NCBI GenBank assembly: GCA_038279365.1
Contig: JAYODI010000120.1
Span: 1 to 12,822, forward strand
DNA: 12,822 nucleotides
Direction: 5' to 3'
Origin: Candidatus Latescibacterota bacterium
Lineage (GTDB): Bacteria; Latescibacterota; UBA2968
In this document: positions 8,869-12,822 of the stretch, one piece after another
How the letters are laid out: the number at the start of each line of letters is the position of its first letter
How positions within the stretch are numbered: the first letter of the stretch is position 1
Program-made: the position numbers and the translations under genes
Notes under the pieces: generated by a model
The model's input: only the letters and a program-made list of their open reading frames with translations
Databases searched by the model: none
What the model was told of the DNA's origin: nothing

Positions 8869-10680
8869 ATGTCTCTTTATGCAACAGTCATAAAGCCATT
8901 ACAACCGCAGCTTCTCGTTACCACCTATGTCTTGGCCATGCTCACCTTTTTTATATCCTGTACGCAAGACACCACCATTCCCACACAAACACCAACCCAG
9001 GTCACAACAAAACCGCCCGCGCCAATAAGACAAAAAATACAAGGTGACAGCACCTACAGCAACATCCGCAAAGCCGACTATGTAGGCCCCCAAGTCTGCG
9101 CTGAATGTCACCAAGAAAACTTTAAAAACTGGCAAAAACACCCACACAGTCGCATGAACATGCTGGCCACAGAAGAAACTGTGTTGGGTGATTTTTCGCG
9201 TGCCACACTGGATTATGGCAACAAAAAAGCCGTCTTTCGCAAACAAGACGGCCAGTTCCTTATTGAATATTTCCAAGAAGAAACGCTTCTTCGCCAATTT
9301 CGCATCACCCGCGTGATTGGATGGCGATATGAACAAGATTATGTCGGTTTTCAAACCCACGGTCCAGAACCGTCAGATGCACCCATTTATCAGCAAGAAC
9401 TCCGCGTTGGATTTTCTTACGACATAGACAGACAACAGTGGTTTCCACAAAGTTACCTCGAACCCACCGAATATCCAGGCGCAGAATATAATCCCGATGG
9501 CACATTTCGTCACGATCCATTTAAACCCACCACCGTTGCATTTAACCAACGATGTGCCCGATGCCACAACACATATGCCTATGACCTTCGCCTCTACAAA
9601 ATTTATACACCCGATGGCCTCCTTTCAGGTTTTCCACCTGGCCCTGGGGTTGAACGCCCCGTCATTCAAGCCCTTGCAGAACAAGCGGGTCACCCCAATT
9701 TTGAATCCACCACCACATTGCCTACAGACCAGTTTGTAAGCGTGGGCATCAGTTGTGAAAGTTGTCATTTTGGAGGACGAGAACATGCCAAACTCGGCAA
9801 AGAAATGCGCTTTGTCCCTACACATCCCTTACTGACCAAATGGGCCCCCGATTACAAAACCGCACGCAAAAACCCCTATGTGGTCAACGCCATTTGCCGC
9901 CAATGCCACCACTCAGGTGCCAGTGCGCCAGACAACTGGCCCGATGGATCAGCAGGTGTCAACTCCATGGAAGCCATCGAAATGGATCGCGGTGGTTGCG
10001 TCAGTGAAATGCGATGTACACACTGCCACAATACCCACGTCTCTGGCCCCAAAGCGGGTGGCCCCGACCAACCCGAACATGTAAACACGTGTATTACCTG
10101 TCATCAGGAGCTACAATCAGTACAAGCCGCCAACGCACACAGCCGCCATACCCCCAACCAAGCATCGTGTCTCGACTGTCACATGCCACGCATTGTACAA
10201 GGTTTTGGCATTGCCAATCGCACACACCGCGTCGCATCACCCACCGACCCCAAAATCTTAGGCACCGGCATGCCCAATGCCTGCAACTTGTGCCACCTCG
10301 ACAAATCACTTGCCTGGACGCAAAACGAACTACAAAAAATATGGGGCAAACAAGTGCCCCTTTCACAATCGCTCACAAAACAATTTGGTCCCAAATTCGA
10401 CAAACCAGCAGGAGATGCCTGGCTTTCTCACCCAGTCTCTCTCGTTAGACTCGTCACGGCCTATGCATACACCAACTCTCAATGGAGCAACGACAAACTC
10501 CCTCACCTCATCACATCTTTAAACGATTCCAATGCCTACAACCGCTATAGCTATCTTCAAGACATAGAAAAAATACTCGGTCACAAAATCAGCAACGATG
10601 AATACAGCATCACGGGACCACCCCAAAAACGTGCCAAACAAATTCAAAATTTAATCGCAAAGTATACGCAAAACAAATAA
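8869..10680 (+). CDS. Multiheme (8 x CxxCH) cytochrome c, probable lipoprotein
   Basis: CAECH, CARCH, CESCH, CRQCH, CTHCH, CITCH, CLDCH, CNLCH. N-terminal hydrophobic stretch ends in FISC, followed by a Thr/Pro-rich linker. Start uncertain (TTG 8851, ATG 8869 or ATG 8938). Confidence 0.9.
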   Translation: MSLYATVIKPLQPQLLVTTYVLAMLTFFISCTQDTTIPTQTPTQVTTKPPAPIRQKIQGDSTYSNIRKADYVGPQVCAECHQENFKNWQKHPHSRMNMLATEETVLGDFSRATLDYGNKKAVFRKQDGQFLIEYFQEETLLRQFRITRVIGWRYEQDYVGFQTHGPEPSDAPIYQQELRVGFSYDIDRQQWFPQSYLEPTEYPGAEYNPDGTFRHDPFKPTTVAFNQRCARCHNTYAYDLRLYKIYTPDGLLSGFPPGPGVERPVIQALAEQAGHPNFESTTTLPTDQFVSVGISCESCHFGGREHAKLGKEMRFVPTHPLLTKWAPDYKTARKNPYVVNAICRQCHHSGASAPDNWPDGSAGVNSMEAIEMDRGGCVSEMRCTHCHNTHVSGPKAGGPDQPEHVNTCITCHQELQSVQAANAHSRHTPNQASCLDCHMPRIVQGFGIANRTHRVASPTDPKILGTGMPNACNLCHLDKSLAWTQNELQKIWGKQVPLSQSLTKQFGPKFDKPAGDAWLSHPVSLVRLVTAYAYTNSQWSNDKLPHLITSLNDSNAYNRYSYLQDIEKILGHKISNDEYSITGPPQKRAKQIQNLIAKYTQNK

Positions 10681-10730
10681 GTTCAAACACATTTTATCAT
10701 CAATACACTTCAAATACGAAAGGGGTTAAA

Positions 10731-10940
10731 ATGCCCATTTATGAATACCGCTGTACGGCGTGTGATCACGCATTTGAAACCCTAGTACAAGGCAATCAAA
10801 AACCAAGTTGTCCGTGTTGCAAAAGCAAAAAGCTCCAAAAACAATTCTCAGCATTTGCTGTTAATGGTGCAACTGGCAATGTTTCCTTTCCCTCAGGCGG
10901 TGGCTGAAGCCTTGCAGGTGGACAGGGTGCCTGTTCATAA
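10731..10940 (+). CDS. FmdB-family zinc-ribbon protein, candidate selenoprotein (in-frame TGA at 10905-10907; 58 aa if TGA is a stop, 69 aa if read as Sec)
   Basis: Hand translation: MPIYEYRCTACDHAFETLVQGNQKPSCPCCKSKKLQKQFSAFAVNGATGNVSFPSGGG(TGA)SLAGGQGACS*. MPIYEY-CxxC...CPxC is the family signature. AGGGG RBS at 10721-10725. The gene call is strong; Sec readthrough is inferred. Confidence 0.85.
10918..10938 (+). promoter_or_regulatory. Putative bacterial SECIS element
   Basis: Hairpin GUGGACAGG-GUG-CCUGUUCAU (9 bp including two G-U pairs). It begins after a 10-nt spacer from the UGA and has G/U in the apical loop. Confidence 0.6.
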
Positions 10941-10942
10941 AT

Positions 10943-10980
10943 AAAAAACGACTTGTATATACGATACAAGTCGTTTTTTT
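10943..10980. terminator. Bidirectional intrinsic terminator
   Basis: Perfect 16-bp inverted repeat aaaaaacgacttgtat-atacg-atacaagtcgtttttt with A/T tracts on both sides, between the convergent FmdB-like gene and glgP. Confidence 0.9.
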
Positions 10981-11004
10981 GTGATTAAAAATCACCAGCG
11001 ACGC

Positions 11005-12822
11005 TTATTGCTGTATGCCCACCTTCACATCATCTTGCGAGAGCAATCGAATGGGCACAGGGTCGATATGCCAAATATCATTGCTGTATTCACGAATGGT
11101 GCGATCAGAAGAAAACATGCCACTGCGTGCCGTATTGAGAATCGACATACGCGTCCAATGTGCTTTGTCTGCATAAGCTTTATCCACTCGGGTTTGACAA
11201 TCGACATACGCCTTAAAATCGGCAAACACCATATAAGGGTCGTGATGGAGCAACCCATCTATCAAGGGCCGAAACAAGTCGCCGTCACCCCGAGAGAAAA
11301 ACCCTGCCTGGATCAACTCAATCACCCGGCGCAGTTCTGCATTGCCGTGATAATAATCCATAGGATTATAACCCGTGTTGCGCAAGGCATAAACCTCTTC
11401 TGCCGTCATGCCAAATTGAAAGAAATTTTCTGCACCCACGGCATTGCGAATTTCGATATTGGCACCATCCAAAGTACCAATCGTTAACGCTCCGTTCATA
11501 CAAAACTTCATATTGCCAGTGCCAGAAGCTTCTTTGCCTGCGGTAGAAATTTGCTCCGATAGCTCTGCTGCCGGATAAACCAAATGCGCATTACGCACAT
11601 TAAAATTGGGGAGATAAACCACTTTGAGACGACCATTTATTGCAGGGTCGCGATTGACCATTTCACCCACCGACGTGATGAGCTTAATGATCAACTTGGC
11701 AATGTGATACCCTGGAGCCGCTTTACCACCAAAAATAAACGTGCGAGGCTGAATATCTAAGTGAGGGTTTTTGCGCAAGTGATGATACAGTGCAATCACA
11801 TAAAAAATATTGAGATGTTGGCGTTTATATTCGTGAATGCGCTTCACTTGAATATCAAAAATCGAGTTGGGGTCTATGGCAATGCCTGTGCGTTGTTGCG
11901 CAAAAGCCGCAAATTCGTGCTTATTGGCCAACTTCACCTCTCGCCATTTTTCACCAAACGCCGCATCTTCGGCATAGGGTTCCAACTTTTGCAACTGTTC
12001 CAAATCTTTGGGCCATTCATCACCAACAACATCTGTAATCAATTCCGACAAACGCGGGTTGCTCAACTTCATAAAACGGCGCGGTGTTACCCCATTGGTC
12101 TTGTTGCTAAATTTCTCAGGCCACAATTCATAAAAATCTTTCAACACATCACTTTTGAGCAATTCCGAGTGCAAATTTGCTACCCCATTAATGGCATAAC
12201 TGCCCACACAAGCCAAATGCGCCATACGCACATATCGCCCATCATTCTCATCAATCAGTGACATACGCGCCACCCGATCATCATCGCCCAAAAAGCGCAG
12301 GCGCACCTCATCGAGAAACCGATCATTGATCTCGTAAATAATTTCTAAGTGGCGTGGCAACAAATAACCAAACATATCCACAGGCCAACGCTCCAATGCC
12401 TCTGGCAAAAGGGTATGGTTGGTATAAGCAAAGGTGTGCCGCGTAATCGACCACGCCTCATCCCACGCCAAACCATAATCATCGAGTAACAACCGCATCA
12501 GTTCCGGAACAGCAACCGCAGGATGCGTGTCGTTGAGTTGCACTGTAAACTTTTCGTGAAACTGAGACAGCGGAATATGTTGAACCCGCATAATGCGCAA
12601 CATATCTTGCAAGGAGCAAGATACAAAAAAGAACTGCTGCTCAAGACGCAACTGTTTGCCTTGCACTTGCGTATCGTTGGGATAAAGCACCTTGCTGATG
12701 TTCTCAGATGTCACCTTTTGATCTACCGCACCATAATAATCACCACTGTTAAACACAGCAAAATCAAACGACTCGGGGGCTTCGGCACACCACAATCGCA
12801 ATGTATTGGCCGTGTTGTTGCG
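11005..12822 (-). CDS. glgP: Glycogen/starch/alpha-glucan phosphorylase, 5' end outside the window
   Basis: [66 protein letters not shown] (PLP lysine), GTLDGAN, FSSDRTI. The frame stays open to the window edge. Confidence 0.97.
   Translation of the reverse strand, partial: RNNTANTLRLWCAEAPESFDFAVFNSGDYYGAVDQKVTSENISKVLYPNDTQVQGKQLRLEQQFFFVSCSLQDMLRIMRVQHIPLSQFHEKFTVQLNDTHPAVAVPELMRLLLDDYGLAWDEAWSITRHTFAYTNHTLLPEALERWPVDMFGYLLPRHLEIIYEINDRFLDEVRLRFLGDDDRVARMSLIDENDGRYVRMAHLACVGSYAINGVANLHSELLKSDVLKDFYELWPEKFSNKTNGVTPRRFMKLSNPRLSELITDVVGDEWPKDLEQLQKLEPYAEDAAFGEKWREVKLANKHEFAAFAQQRTGIAIDPNSIFDIQVKRIHEYKRQHLNIFYVIALYHHLRKNPHLDIQPRTFIFGGKAAPGYHIAKLIIKLITSVGEMVNRDPAINGRLKVVYLPNFNVRNAHLVYPAAELSEQISTAGKEASGTGNMKFCMNGALTIGTLDGANIEIRNAVGAENFFQFGMTAEEVYALRNTGYNPMDYYHGNAELRRVIELIQAGFFSRGDGDLFRPLIDGLLHHDPYMVFADFKAYVDCQTRVDKAYADKAHWTRMSILNTARSGMFSSDRTIREYSNDIWHIDPVPIRLLSQDDVKVGIQQ

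Noticed and set aside
10905-10907. Genome-wide UGA reassignment (code 4 or 25) as the explanation for the in-frame TGA
   Set aside because: All long genes translate fully under code 11 with no internal TGA, and lgt terminates at TGA at a normal length.
10981-11900. Apparently weaker C-over-G skew in the 3' half of glgP, suggesting foreign origin or inversion
   Set aside because: Spot counts were inconsistent along the gene, and no mobile-element features were seen. It cannot be supported without computation.

Overview
Bacterial chromosomal window, moderate GC, with a C/A-rich + strand. The minus-strand run is lgt - COG0523/CobW-type zinc GTPase - (heptamer repeat element) - cysS - PhyH-family dioxygenase. 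A divergent UxuA-like sugar-acid dehydratase converges at a strong hairpin on a second minus-strand run: NUDIX - aldo/keto reductase - enolase-superfamily (rhamnonate dehydratase-like) gene. On the + strand there is an eight-CxxCH multiheme cytochrome c lipoprotein followed by a small FmdB-family zinc-ribbon gene that the ORF track missed. The window ends in a 5'-truncated glycogen phosphorylase (glgP). The standout observation is an in-frame TGA in the FmdB-like gene (10905-10907), followed 10 nt later by a SECIS-like hairpin and an open GACS* tail. This makes it a candidate 69-aa selenoprotein, possibly co-transcribed with the octaheme lipoprotein. A second oddity is an intergenic element of direct and inverted heptamer arrays between the GTPase gene and cysS. 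All product calls are motif-based; no database searches were run.
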